The notes: generated by a model not told the origin, from the sequence alone. Counted from the stretch's first letter, positions 1-8,608 are shown. The stretch: 32,000 nucleotides of DNA from Gemmata obscuriglobus (GCF_008065095.1 NZ_CP042911.1:4830001-4862000); one strand, 5' to 3'. Numbers and translations: made by a program.

Positions 1-18
1 GTAGGTGTTGGGAGAAAC
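1..18 (-). repeat. Island-specific ~36-nt repeat, copy A (cut by window edge)
   Basis: GTAGGTGTTGGGAGAAAC matches the GTAGG-NN-TTGGGAGAAAG half of the repeat family (reverse complement of CTTTCTCCCAA-NN-CCTAC). The rest lies left of the window. Confidence 0.6.
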
Positions 19-43
19 TTAGAGTTGAAGGACGCCATCGCCC

Positions 44-409
44 TCAGTCCCACACCGGTGGTCGGTAGGCCATCACGGAAGCTGCGGTCAAGAGTGCGGC
101 CAGAGCGGTGCCGAGAACGAACAAAGTCCAACGGGCTCCAACCCCTCCCGTGCGAAACACCAGCAGCCACCCTTCAACCCAAGGACCAGCCCCGAAGCAC
201 AAGTTGGCACCCAGCCCGTACACCACGAGGTAGATCAGGAACTCAACGTCAGACAGCAGTGACCAGTCGCGACCCACGGCCAGGGTGAGCACCACGACCG
301 CAGCCAGAATCAGGTTGTACGCCAGCCGGAACCGCTCCCAGGACAGGAACACGGCCCTTGCCGAAGGCTCACTCGCCGGGCTCTCCTGCCACCAATCGGG
401 CTCGCTCAT
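44..409 (-). CDS. Small integral membrane protein (121 aa), function unknown
   Basis: In-frame ATG at 409 preceded by GGAGG (TGGAGGTTCCA-ATG). Product MSEPDWWQ... has 3-4 long hydrophobic stretches. The longer ORF-track start (595) has a non-protein-like N-terminus. Confidence 0.6.
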   Translation of the reverse strand: MSEPDWWQESPASEPSARAVFLSWERFRLAYNLILAAVVVLTLAVGRDWSLLSDVEFLIYLVVYGLGANLCFGAGPWVEGWLLVFRTGGVGARWTLFVLGTALAALLTAASVMAYRPPVWD

Positions 410-539
410 TGGAACCTCCACACACGCACCTGCCACTCGGCCCTCAACACCGAAGCAGACGGATCGGTCCGACACAGACCTCAGCCAAGCACCATCTACC
501 GATCGCGGCAGCTTCCGACGAGAGATTGGGCAACTCTGG

Positions 540-1382
540 CTACCGGCCACAACCTGGACAAACAAAAGCCCTTGAGCGATCGTAAACCGTACCACAGTAC
601 CAACAGGATGCCACTCGTGGTTGCCCAGACCCTTTAGAACTCCCCACCACCATCATTACGATCAGGAGAACCACTGTGAGCGATGCCAGTACCTTTCCGA
701 CTTGCAGAGCACCCTCAGTCCACGAACAGCCTCCCGCCCAAGCTACTGCACACGAAACGAGAACAAAACCACATCCGAACAGGACAAAGAACAGTAATAT
801 TTTAGCCCGCCTAAACTGATCCGGGTCACGGTGACCGAGCAACAAACCGCCCCCACAAACCAACAGGAGAGCGAGCAACCCACCAACAAACCACAAGCCA
901 AGATTATTGGCCTCTTCGCTTTCTACCTTTGCCTTTCGGGTTCTGACCCTCCCCCGCACTTTCGGTTGTTGCTCCTTCTCGGCACCGTCTACAAGCTCGA
1001 ATTGTACCGGGAGCACCAGCCGCCCTGGAACTGTACGTTCCTCGGGGGACTGCGAGGTGGAATAAGACTTAACTAGAATCCCGAGTCGAGGTGAGCTTGA
1101 CGGAGACGGCACGACAATCGCCTGACCACATCTCAGACAGTCAACTTCCGCACCAGCACTCTGACCATCCACCTTCAACTCCATTAAACAGGACGGGCAG
1201 AGGAACTCGATTCGGGGTTTGGGTGAAGGAGCGGGCGGTTGCGGCGGTGGGGACACTGGTGCGGCGGAAGCACCCGGAACGGTGACCGCGTTACTGCACT
1301 TCGGACAGGCAACCGTCGCACCGGCCCGATCGGCACCGAACGTCAGGCGTACTTTGCAGGCGGGGCAGTGGACAGTGGGCAT
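540..1382 (-). CDS. Membrane protein with three CxxC...CxxC zinc-ribbon motifs (280 aa)
   Basis: ATG at 1382. Motifs CPACK...CPKC, CPSC...CLRC and C-terminal CWYC...CPGC. A central block of about 3 hydrophobic helices. MJ0042-type zinc-ribbon look. No functional homolog recognised. Confidence 0.6.
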   Translation of the reverse strand: MPTVHCPACKVRLTFGADRAGATVACPKCSNAVTVPGASAAPVSPPPQPPAPSPKPRIEFLCPSCLMELKVDGQSAGAEVDCLRCGQAIVVPSPSSSPRLGILVKSYSTSQSPEERTVPGRLVLPVQFELVDGAEKEQQPKVRGRVRTRKAKVESEEANNLGLWFVGGLLALLLVCGGGLLLGHRDPDQFRRAKILLFFVLFGCGFVLVSCAVAWAGGCSWTEGALQVGKVLASLTVVLLIVMMVVGSSKGSGQPRVASCWYCGTVYDRSRAFVCPGCGR

Positions 1383-1553
1383 GGGGGCGAACCACGGCTT
1401 GGGGAGCGGACCGGGGAGTTGCCAGACTAGCGAACGGCGACACTAGCGTAAAGGAACGTTAGGCAACCACCGTCGATCCGGAAGAGGCAAACGAGAGAGC
1501 CGGGGAGCGAGCACCGTCACCGACGGATCAGAGGATCGGGCCAGCCAAAACCC

Positions 1554-1589
1554 CTACCTTTCTCCCAACCCCTACTTGCATCTCGATCC
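1554..1589 (+). repeat. Island-specific ~36-nt repeat, copy B
   Basis: CTACCTTTCTCCCAACCCCTACTTGCATCTCGATCC, identical over 36 nt to 16143-16178. Intergenic. Confidence 0.9.
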
Positions 1590-1601
1590 CCGGCCCCCGG
1601 C

Positions 1602-1799
1602 TCAGCACTTGGCAGGCAGAGGAATCTTCTTCAACTGCGACCACACCAGATCCAGGTTGGCCCCAACCTCGGCGATCTCCTCCGGACTCCACTCCACAGC
1701 CATGCCACCGTTCCAGACGGGCCGGACCAGGGCTTCGAGGTGTTCGAGGATCGGTGCGAGCGGACAGGGCGGCGAATCAGAAGACTCGATCGGGTCCAT
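1602..1799 (-). CDS. Hypothetical protein (65 aa)
   Basis: ATG at 1799 (MDPIESSDSPPCPLAPILEHLEAL...). Strongly G/C-biased third codon positions in this frame. The overlapping plus-strand ORF 1576-1893 is R/S-rich and not protein-like. No obvious SD. Confidence 0.45.
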   Translation of the reverse strand: MDPIESSDSPPCPLAPILEHLEALVRPVWNGGMAVEWSPEEIAEVGANLDLVWSQLKKIPLPAKC

Positions 1800-1958
1800 A
1801 ATGACGGGAGTGGGGCAGTCGGACGAGGGCGTAAAGGACTGGCGAGGGTTGGCCACGGTGGGCTCCTGCGAGCGGGATCGGACAAGCCGGTAAAAGCCTC
1901 CCAAGCAGTATGCAAAATTCCAATTTAGTACGCAAGTAGATACCGACGATTTTTCAGT

Positions 1959-2279
1959 TTATTCCGCCTCTTCCTTCTCGTCCGGTTTTTTCATTTGCAA
2001 GTCATCGCAGTCTCTGAACTGGTCAAGGCTGATTTCGAGCGACTTTGAAATTGCGATAAGCACCGGCACCGAAGGCTTGCGGGCGGCGGTCTTTGATGTG
2101 AATCCCTTGAGAGTCTGGTAAGCTATGCCCGATCGACTCGCCAGATCTGCAAGCGAAATGTCCTTCTGCACCAAAAGCGTTCGCAGAGTTTCGCGGAAAG
2201 TGGCCATCTCAACCCCGGTAGGTACTGGGCAAGCGTACCCGCTGCTCTCTGAGGGGCAAGGAATTTGCTGAATGGCCAT
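1959..2279 (-). CDS. XRE/Cro-CI-type helix-turn-helix transcriptional regulator (106 aa)
   Basis: ATG at 2279 preceded by GGGAGAGGACA. Typical HTH_3 pattern FRETLRTLLVQKDISLADLASRSGIAYQTLKGF. Acidic C-terminal tail. Confidence 0.75.
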   Translation of the reverse strand: MAIQQIPCPSESSGYACPVPTGVEMATFRETLRTLLVQKDISLADLASRSGIAYQTLKGFTSKTAARKPSVPVLIAISKSLEISLDQFRDCDDLQMKKPDEKEEAE

Positions 2280-2441
2280 TGTCCTCTCCCGGTTTCCTGC
2301 CCCGCCTACCTGCTCAAGCGTCCCCACCCCCAAAAGCGGACTCCAAAACGAAAAGCCACCACCAGGGTCTCCCCCAGCAGTGGCTTTGCAGCGGTCAGCG
2401 AATTGAGGTAATTTGGAGTCCGGTGCCCCTTTCGGCACACG

Positions 2442-2804
2442 CTACTTACCCTTCACGCGATTCATTACAACGTCCTTGCCCGTATCGGAAATGACTACCA
2501 TCTCGGAATCCGTAAGTTTCTTGATGGTCACGGTGGACTTCTCCTCCTTTCCGCCGGGCTGGGCGTTCACAGTGAGCTTGTTGCCGTCGAGCTTATAAGT
2601 GCCATCGAACGCGACCTCCTCCTTCCCATCCCCGTGCCTCAACACCAGCTTACCGCCCTTCAGGAACTCGATGACCGCGAAGTCCCGCTCTTTGGTTGTC
2701 CACTTGCCCAGCAGTTTGGCCGGATCGATCTTCTCGTCCTTCTTGTCGTCGGCCACGAGCGGCCCGCAGAACACCAGCACCAAGCAGCCCATCAGCATCC
2801 GCAT
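2442..2804 (-). CDS. Small secreted protein, lipocalin-like pattern (120 aa)
   Basis: ATG at 2804 (MRMLMGCLVLVFCGPLVA signal-like N-terminus). The pattern GKW...F.kgGkl...DGtYklDGnkLt is typical of small lipocalin-like secreted proteins that are expanded in Gemmata-like planctomycetes. Confidence 0.6.
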   Translation of the reverse strand: MRMLMGCLVLVFCGPLVADDKKDEKIDPAKLLGKWTTKERDFAVIEFLKGGKLVLRHGDGKEEVAFDGTYKLDGNKLTVNAQPGGKEEKSTVTIKKLTDSEMVVISDTGKDVVMNRVKGK

Positions 2805-2815
2805 CTTGGTATCCC

Positions 2816-3394
2816 TTATTTTTTGCCTGGGGTGAACGATTTGAGCACCTTCACTTCGCCATTTCCCGAGACCCTTTTCACGAGCCCTACACCGCGGGCG
2901 TACCATTCGTGATAAATGGGTGGTGGCCCCAGCATCCCTCCCCGGAAGCTGCACTCGATCCGAACAGCCTGGAACACGCCAGCCTGCACTTCCACCCCCT
3001 TCACCTCGACGACCTCCCGCCTCGGCTTTGATGACGTGTAGTTCGGGCTCCAGTAATCACCCTTCTCGACCGGGGCACGCAGCAGCAACTCGGGCTTCTC
3101 GCACTCTTTCCCCGACCAACCCACCCGAGTCAGCCGAGTAGCGGACACCAGCACCTCTTCGTAGGGAACGTTCTTACCGCCGACCACCTGATCGACACTC
3201 ACTAACTGGCCCTCCGGGTCGTCCCGGACCTTCGAGATCACGTACCTCTCCTCTTTACCTTCCACGTCGTACACCCACTTCGTGCCGACCGCGGTGGGCC
3301 AGAAGGGCTCCTCTTTCATCAGGTGTTTGGGAACCGGTGCGGCACTGGCCACAGACAGGGTGATGCAGAGTGCGACCAGGGGCGTCCATCGCAT
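2816..3394 (-). CDS. Secreted hypothetical protein (192 aa)
   Basis: ATG at 3394 preceded by GGAG. Signal peptide MRWTPLVALCITLSVASA-AP. Alternative GTG start at 3415. Confidence 0.6.
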   Translation of the reverse strand: MRWTPLVALCITLSVASAAPVPKHLMKEEPFWPTAVGTKWVYDVEGKEERYVISKVRDDPEGQLVSVDQVVGGKNVPYEEVLVSATRLTRVGWSGKECEKPELLLRAPVEKGDYWSPNYTSSKPRREVVEVKGVEVQAGVFQAVRIECSFRGGMLGPPPIYHEWYARGVGLVKRVSGNGEVKVLKSFTPGKK

Positions 3395-3510
3395 GTCAAG
3401 CTCCAGAAAGGTCACTCCAGTCTACCGCGGTGCCGTGCAGTACCAAAAGCGAAAAGACCGCCACCAAGGGGGTTAGCCCTCAGCAGCGGTCAGTGTCGAG
3501 TAACTCCGTC

Positions 3511-3540
3511 TAGATGCAAGTAGGAGTTGGGAGAAAGGTA
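3511..3540 (-). repeat. Island-specific ~36-nt repeat, copy C
   Basis: TAGATGCAAGTAGGAGTTGGGAGAAAGGTA is the reverse complement of the consensus core. Intergenic, 117 nt upstream of the 3394 start. Confidence 0.85.
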
Positions 3541-3610
3541 TTGATAGAAGGCCCAGAAGACCTGAGTGTTTTTGGCAGATCCCTTTGTCTCATCCAGAGG
3601 GTGGCCGAGG

Positions 3611-3910
3611 CTACTTCAGGAAGTACAGCGGACCTTCTTTAAGCATTGTCATCCCGAGCAGTACGTAGACAAATAAAATACAGCCGACAAGCACGAGGGC
3701 CAGCATTCTGTTTTCCCAAAGTACAGACTCTCGCGACCATACCAACTTGAACGGCATTGGAGGGTCTTGATGATATTGAGCGGGCTGAACCGTCGGAACC
3801 GGCTTCTCAACGAACATCCCCCCTCCGCACCGACCGCATTTGACTGTAACGGGGGGCTCCAGGTCACAATCGAGCGAAATGTGGCAGTGCGGGCATTCAA
3901 CTACGATCAT
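3611..3910 (-). CDS. Zinc-ribbon plus single-TM protein (99 aa)
   Basis: ATG at 3910 preceded by AGGTGA. N-terminal CPHC...CGRC zinc ribbon and a C-terminal hydrophobic helix (MLALVLVGCILFVYVLLGMTM). Last gene of the tightly packed operon. Confidence 0.6.
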   Translation of the reverse strand: MIVVECPHCHISLDCDLEPPVTVKCGRCGGGMFVEKPVPTVQPAQYHQDPPMPFKLVWSRESVLWENRMLALVLVGCILFVYVLLGMTMLKEGPLYFLK

Positions 3911-3920
3911 ACATCACCTG

Positions 3921-4526
3921 TTAGGTTCCATTCAGAAGGTCGTCATTGAGAAACTGGCCCGGGAAGTACGTCGGGGTGTTGTAGGCGTACCGGGGATCAC
4001 TGAAGCTGATGTACTGAGCCTGAGCGTAACCCACCTTCGCGTCCTGACCAGCCTGAACGACCGGACCCGCCGAGGGTGCCGCACCCTGCCCGTACTGAAT
4101 CGCGTTCTGCCGCTGCGTCTCCAGTTCGATCGGGAGACCATTCAACAGGAATCCGTCCTTGGGATCGACCCGAACAGCCTGGATGAAAGTGTACTCGCCC
4201 GCGACGCCCCAGTCAAATTTCGTCCCGTTGGCGTGTGCTTTTGGAGCGTCGAACACCAGCGTGCCGGACAGGATCTGGAACGCACCCGCGTCTTTCGGTG
4301 TCGGGATCTGGGGCGGGGTGCCGGTCTTCTTCTCGTAAAACCGCGAAGTCCTTTTCATCTGCGGGGCGTAAGCCTGCACCATCACCACCGGGCTCCAGTT
4401 AGCCAATTCTTGCGGATCGGTCGGGGGCAGTTCGGCGACGGGCAGGGCGAACCGTCCGGGGTCGAAGGTGTACTCGCTCTCACCGGAGATCTGATCGTAA
4501 CTGATGGCCTTGTTCGTGTCTTTCAC
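3921..4526 (-). CDS. Hypothetical protein (201 aa), distal part of the tail-like operon
   Basis: GTG start at 4526 preceded by GAGGAGAA, 3 nt after the upstream stop. Protein-like composition. No family recognised. Confidence 0.55.
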   Translation of the reverse strand: MKDTNKAISYDQISGESEYTFDPGRFALPVAELPPTDPQELANWSPVVMVQAYAPQMKRTSRFYEKKTGTPPQIPTPKDAGAFQILSGTLVFDAPKAHANGTKFDWGVAGEYTFIQAVRVDPKDGFLLNGLPIELETQRQNAIQYGQGAAPSAGPVVQAGQDAKVGYAQAQYISFSDPRYAYNTPTYFPGQFLNDDLLNGT

Positions 4527-4529
4527 CGG

Positions 4530-5273
4530 TCATTCTCCTCTGTATTTGTCGTTGCTTGCTGGGGGTTTGGGGTAAAGCTGATCGAAGGTGGTTCCGGGCA
4601 GGCTCAGTGCCGAGTAGACCAACTGACACCAAGTGCCCCGGCTGCGACTATCGGCTGCGGGTCGGGGGTTTAGGGTCGGGCCTTCTTCGCCAGAGCCGGC
4701 TGGAGCGTAAGGGTCCGGGACTCGCGACACGTCGTGTTTGGTAATCTGGACCCGGCCGGTGTAGTGGTCTTCCAGGACCGGAACGGGCAAGCCCGGAAGG
4801 AGCGAAAAGCCGTACCCCACACCCGTACCTGTGAAGTCCCACTTTCCTCCAACCACCTCTTCCCTAGGACCGCTCAGCACCGGCAGGAGGTCGTACAGTT
4901 GGTCGGCATCCGGTCGGCCCGCAGCTTGGGTCGAGGCCAGAGCCCACGCCAAACTCGTCGAGTACCGCAGCGTGAAGGTGAGCACGTTCGAGGTGGCGTC
5001 GTAGTTGATCGCAATGGCCCCGGGCGGGGGAGCCAAATCACTCAGGTTCGCCGCGAGACGATGCACCATACCGAACGCGATGGACGCCGCGAGGTGGTAG
5101 AGTTGCTGGCGGTTCGCACGCGGTGAGCCGAAGCAGGTTACGGAAACCAGGTCTTGGATTGAACCAAATTGATCAGACAGCTCCTTGACTGCCTTCAGGC
5201 CTGACATCCCCACGTTCGCAGCGGAAACGGCGGCACTAAACGCTCCGATAACTGCGGCTGCTGGACCGGGCAT
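4530..5273 (-). CDS. Hypothetical protein (247 aa), tail-like operon
   Basis: In-frame ATG at 5273 preceded by AGGAG (CGATAGGAGTTTCC-ATG), 8 nt after the upstream stop at 5282. The longer ORF-track N-terminus overlaps the upstream gene. Confidence 0.55.
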   Translation of the reverse strand: MPGPAAAVIGAFSAAVSAANVGMSGLKAVKELSDQFGSIQDLVSVTCFGSPRANRQQLYHLAASIAFGMVHRLAANLSDLAPPPGAIAINYDATSNVLTFTLRYSTSLAWALASTQAAGRPDADQLYDLLPVLSGPREEVVGGKWDFTGTGVGYGFSLLPGLPVPVLEDHYTGRVQITKHDVSRVPDPYAPAGSGEEGPTLNPRPAADSRSRGTWCQLVYSALSLPGTTFDQLYPKPPASNDKYRGE

Positions 5274-5281
5274 GGAAACTC

Positions 5282-6550
5282 CTATCGAAGTCGAGGTGAG
5301 CGGGGAACGATGACCCGAGACGGCTTGATGGTTGGCGTGCTGGCTGTTGGCTTCGTCGGGATCGGCTTCACGGGAGCGGTCTTTGGGGGAGGAAGTGCGA
5401 CGGGGTGTGAAGCTTCCGGTGGAGTAGGCTTGGGCGGCTCTTTCTGCGAATCGTTGGCCTGCTGTAACCACCGCGAATTGAGTAACTGACTGTTTAAGTC
5501 ACTGAAGACTCCCGCAGTGCCCTTGAGCAAGTCCGCATCCGACACGATGGCCTGCGAATGAGTTGCCTCGATTCTCACCGCTCCCCACACCGCCGCACCC
5601 GGAAGGTGAACAGGCAGTTGGCGGTCCTCGAACCTGTACCTCACGCCCGTACCGTCCCTGAACCCCTCGACCACGATCCCGTCCCGCACGAACCCAAACG
5701 GGCACGGCAGCAAAAGCCGCTGTCGCAAGTCGTCGGGTGAAGTGGCCGTGCTGTAGAGCAGGTCGGATCGGAAAACGGCCTCCCCCTCGACGATGATTTT
5801 GGTCAAGTGCTGGTCGTCGATGGAGTGGATCATCGAGAACCGGTTGCTGAGCAGGGGCGACGCCACCGATCCCGCATTGGGGTCCGTGGACACGAGGTTC
5901 TCTTCCGACTCCCGAACGCAAGTCTCAATGTCAAACTGGATGATAAACGTGTCCGCATCGCCCTGGGAACTGAGGATCTCGCAGGAGATCGGCTGGGGTC
6001 CGTTGCGGGCGTCCGTGTGGTAGGAGAACCGCGTCGGTGACATCAGCAACAGTTCCGAATCCGCAGCCGAGCCGGCGAACACGAAGAGGGGCTTGCGTGG
6101 CGTGAGGAGCCGCTCTCGAATGGCCCGGACGGTCAAGGGAACGGGGTTGGCCACGGGCTCCAACTTGAACTGGCGGACCGCATTCGGAGACCGAGCACCG
6201 AGCCCCGAGGGGGGAGCGTCACCGAACACCTCGTCACCGCTCGGGGAGTGAAAGACTTTGGTGATGGGCACGTTCACGTTGGGCGGGACTGCGGCTGCGG
6301 CTCGGCTGACTCCACTGGGGGCCGTCCTGATCGCGTCATCGCCGGAATACACCAACTCGTCCGTCTTCCGATACGACACCGGCGGACCGGCCACGTCTCT
6401 CACCTCGGACTGCCCGTTCACGGTGCAGACGCCCGAAACTCGGTGCCGGGTGTACAGGTAGTCCGTCTTCGTGTCATCGTAGACCGCCTCCATCCGGTAC
6501 TCATTGATCGTCCCCATCGAGAGGTGTATGCCGTTGTACACAATATCCAT
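5282..6550 (-). CDS. Hypothetical protein (422 aa) with proline-rich C-terminal tail, tail-like operon
   Basis: ATG at 6550 preceded by TAGGAGG. The globular-looking body ends in PKPTPPEASHPVALPPPKTAPVKPIPTKP. No family recognised. Its position would fit a distal-tail or hub protein. Confidence 0.55.
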   Translation of the reverse strand: MDIVYNGIHLSMGTINEYRMEAVYDDTKTDYLYTRHRVSGVCTVNGQSEVRDVAGPPVSYRKTDELVYSGDDAIRTAPSGVSRAAAAVPPNVNVPITKVFHSPSGDEVFGDAPPSGLGARSPNAVRQFKLEPVANPVPLTVRAIRERLLTPRKPLFVFAGSAADSELLLMSPTRFSYHTDARNGPQPISCEILSSQGDADTFIIQFDIETCVRESEENLVSTDPNAGSVASPLLSNRFSMIHSIDDQHLTKIIVEGEAVFRSDLLYSTATSPDDLRQRLLLPCPFGFVRDGIVVEGFRDGTGVRYRFEDRQLPVHLPGAAVWGAVRIEATHSQAIVSDADLLKGTAGVFSDLNSQLLNSRWLQQANDSQKEPPKPTPPEASHPVALPPPKTAPVKPIPTKPTASTPTIKPSRVIVPRSPRLR

Positions 6551-6560
6551 CTAGAGCCTC

Positions 6561-7343
6561 CTAGAGTTGGCTGCGGGTGAGGATGCTGCCCATCGGCCTG
6601 CCCTGAAACCGCAGTGGTTCGGTAGCTTCGGGGTGTGGCTGGCTGGTGACGGTCACGGTGAAGGGTGCGGAGTGAAGTGGTGACGCCAGAGAAGCCGAGC
6701 CGAGATGGGGGAGAGCAACTGCCGGCCTCGGAAGTCGGGCGGGGTGCGTGTCCGGTACGGCTACCCGGTGTCGCTCGCCCCAGCCTTCAAACCTTGACAC
6801 TCGGGATTCAGACTGCCCCCTCTGGTCGAGAGCCAGTTTAGCCGTCGAAGTGTGAGGAGCGGGCGGTGTAGTGGGGCGTGAAAAAGCGGGCTGAACCACC
6901 GAGGCTCTCTCTCGCAACACCAGGGGAGCAGCCGGGGGTGCAGAAGGGGCAAGATTCGCAGGAGGTTGAAGAACGCGAGGTGAAGGTGGAGGGGTGGAAG
7001 GGCTGAGAGGGCTCGGAAGGGTCAACGGCTTTATTGGGAGCGTACTGGGTGCTCTCTCTGGACGTTTCAGGCTCGGAACTGGAATCAAGGGCGTTCGGGC
7101 AGGAAGGTCCAGTTTCTTCGGCGGGGTGACTCGGGGAAACTGCCGCTCGGGAGGGCTGAGAGGGCGGATCGAAGGGGAAGAAGCTCGGCTCGAACTGTCA
7201 CCCAACCGAATACCACGAAACGGAACTACCGGCGGAAGTTGCGTACTGCGGGACGGGGAAGGCGGTGCCAGGACACGGGATCGCAACTCTGCTCGGACTC
7301 TCGACTGCTGCTCGTAATCCCCGTCTCTTTTCGCTGTCGCCAT
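6561..7343 (-). CDS. Proline/serine/arginine-rich low-complexity protein (260 aa) in the slot normally held by a tape-measure gene
   Basis: ATG at 7343, stop 10 nt before the next start. About 50 prolines in 260 residues by my count. In the pre-IS sequence the ATG lay 3 nt after the stop of the upstream ORF (TAGCAAATG). Confidence 0.5.
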   Translation of the reverse strand: MATAKRDGDYEQQSRVRAELRSRVLAPPSPSRSTQLPPVVPFRGIRLGDSSSRASSPSIRPLSPPERQFPRVTPPKKLDLPARTPLIPVPSLKRPERAPSTLPIKPLTLPSPLSPSTPPPSPRVLQPPANLAPSAPPAAPLVLRERASVVQPAFSRPTTPPAPHTSTAKLALDQRGQSESRVSRFEGWGERHRVAVPDTHPARLPRPAVALPHLGSASLASPLHSAPFTVTVTSQPHPEATEPLRFQGRPMGSILTRSQL

Positions 7344-7348
7344 TTGCT

Positions 7349-7358
7349 ACCCCTGTTC
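7349..7358. repeat. Target-site duplication, left copy (ACCCCTGTTC)
   Basis: Identical 10-mer directly abuts both IS termini (7349-7358 and 8609-8618). Confidence 0.9.
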
Positions 7359-8608
7359 CAGGGCCTTTCCTTGATTCACTCTACGTAACTCCGATAAGTC
7401 CCTTGGCCATTGCCGGGTCCATCTGGAGCCGCTCGATCGCCTCCGGGCAACTCACCGCCTTGACCTCACGCCACAGGTGCACCACGGCGTTCCGCAACGC
7501 CGCCAGCACCTGTGGTGCGTGCCCCATGCGCACACGACACGCGTCCTCGCCCAGTGTCACGTCACGCACGTAATGCAGTTCGTTCTCGATGCGCCAGTGC
7601 GTCCGCACATGGTTCAGGAGTGTGGCCGCATCCGCCTTCTCGGCCGACAGGCTCGTGATGCCGAAATGCACTTCGACCGTCGTTTGGCCTCGGACCGTCC
7701 GCTCACGCGTCAACTGGAAGCCCTGCTTCACCCCCGCCCACGTCGGCGAGCACGTCAGAATCGAGGTCGTTTGCAGCGTCCGCTTCTCGATGCGGCCGTG
7801 ACCCTTATCGACGGTCGTGGCGATGCGGCTCGGGGCGGGCGGAGGCCGATCCCCAGGGGGAAGTGGCCGCCGCGATCGATCGGGCGGCGGTCTCGAAGGC
7901 GAACCCGGCTCGGATGTCGATCCCCAATCCGGGTTGGTTGTCCTTCACCGTGAGCACGTAGTCGCCGCCGGCCCCGACCACCTCCTCGGCCAGGTCTCGC
8001 TGGCAGAACATGGCGTCGCCGACCACGACCTTCCCTCGCAGCGGCAGAATGCCGAGGAGCGTCAAGGCGGCCTTGTGCTCGTTGGTGCTCGCATCGACCT
8101 TGACCTGGGCGAGTACGGCACCGACGGTGGGGGCGTATGCGGCCAGCAGGTGCTGACCGGGGATCGCGCCGTTGCGAGAGCCTCGAAGGGTCTTGCCGTC
8201 GATGGAGATGTGTGTGAAGGCGGCCGGGTCGACGCGGCTGGCGATCCAGTACGAGAGGACGTGCTCCAGTTGGTCGGCGTCGAAGCGTCGCAGGGTGCGG
8301 GAGAGCGTGGAAACGGCCGGGGTCTTGCCGCGTCGGAAGCCGAGGGCATGGGCGAGGGCGGGTCCGTGCTGTCGCCCGAAGCGAGCGATGCCATTGAGGC
8401 TGGTGCGCCCCATGAGCATGGCGAGGGCGACGAGTCCGAGGAAGGGGGCGAGTGGGTGGATAAGGCCGTGCTTGCTGCGGGGATCGGGAACCGCCGCCAG
8501 GGCATCGACCAGGGTGCAAGGAGACATGGGTACCTTCCTGGCTGCGAGAAGGCGCCCCACATAGCCACGTTCCCTCGTGTAAGCAAGGTGAAATAAGGAA
8601 AGGCCCTG
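7359..8608 (-). mobile_element. ISAs1-family insertion sequence, 1250 bp
   Basis: Terminal inverted repeats CAGGGCCTTTCCTTGATTCAC (7359-7379) and GTGAAATAAGGAAAGGCCCTG (8588-8608), 19/21 matching, with the CAGGG ends typical of ISAs1. Flanked by a 10-bp direct repeat. Encodes a DDE (ISAs1/H-repeat type) transposase. Confidence 0.9.
7381..8560 (-). pseudogene. ISAs1-family DDE transposase, split by one frameshift
   Basis: The N-terminal ORF (8560-7805; ...SIDGKTLRGS...NEHKAALTLL...VVGDAMFCQRDLA...VKDNQPGL) and the C-terminal ORF (to 7381; TVDKGHGRIEKRTLQ...HWRIENELHYVRDVTLGEDACRV) are in different frames. The frames cross near the G5 run at 7866-7870. Confidence 0.85.

Noticed and set aside
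1576-1893. Plus-strand ORF just downstream of repeat copy B. It would make copy B sense-oriented like the other copies.
   Set aside because: Its translation is R/S/G-rich. The opposite frame (1799-1602) shows strong G/C third-position bias and protein-like sequence.
3840-4673. 277-aa plus-strand ORF
   Set aside because: It lies antisense to two tightly coupled minus-strand genes that have SDs. Its product is R/G/L-rich without domain features.
7817-8596. 259-aa plus-strand ORF, plus 8062-8655(-) and 8172-8564(+), inside the IS
   Set aside because: They lie antisense to or out of frame with the ISAs1 transposase, whose DDE-family motifs identify the real frame.
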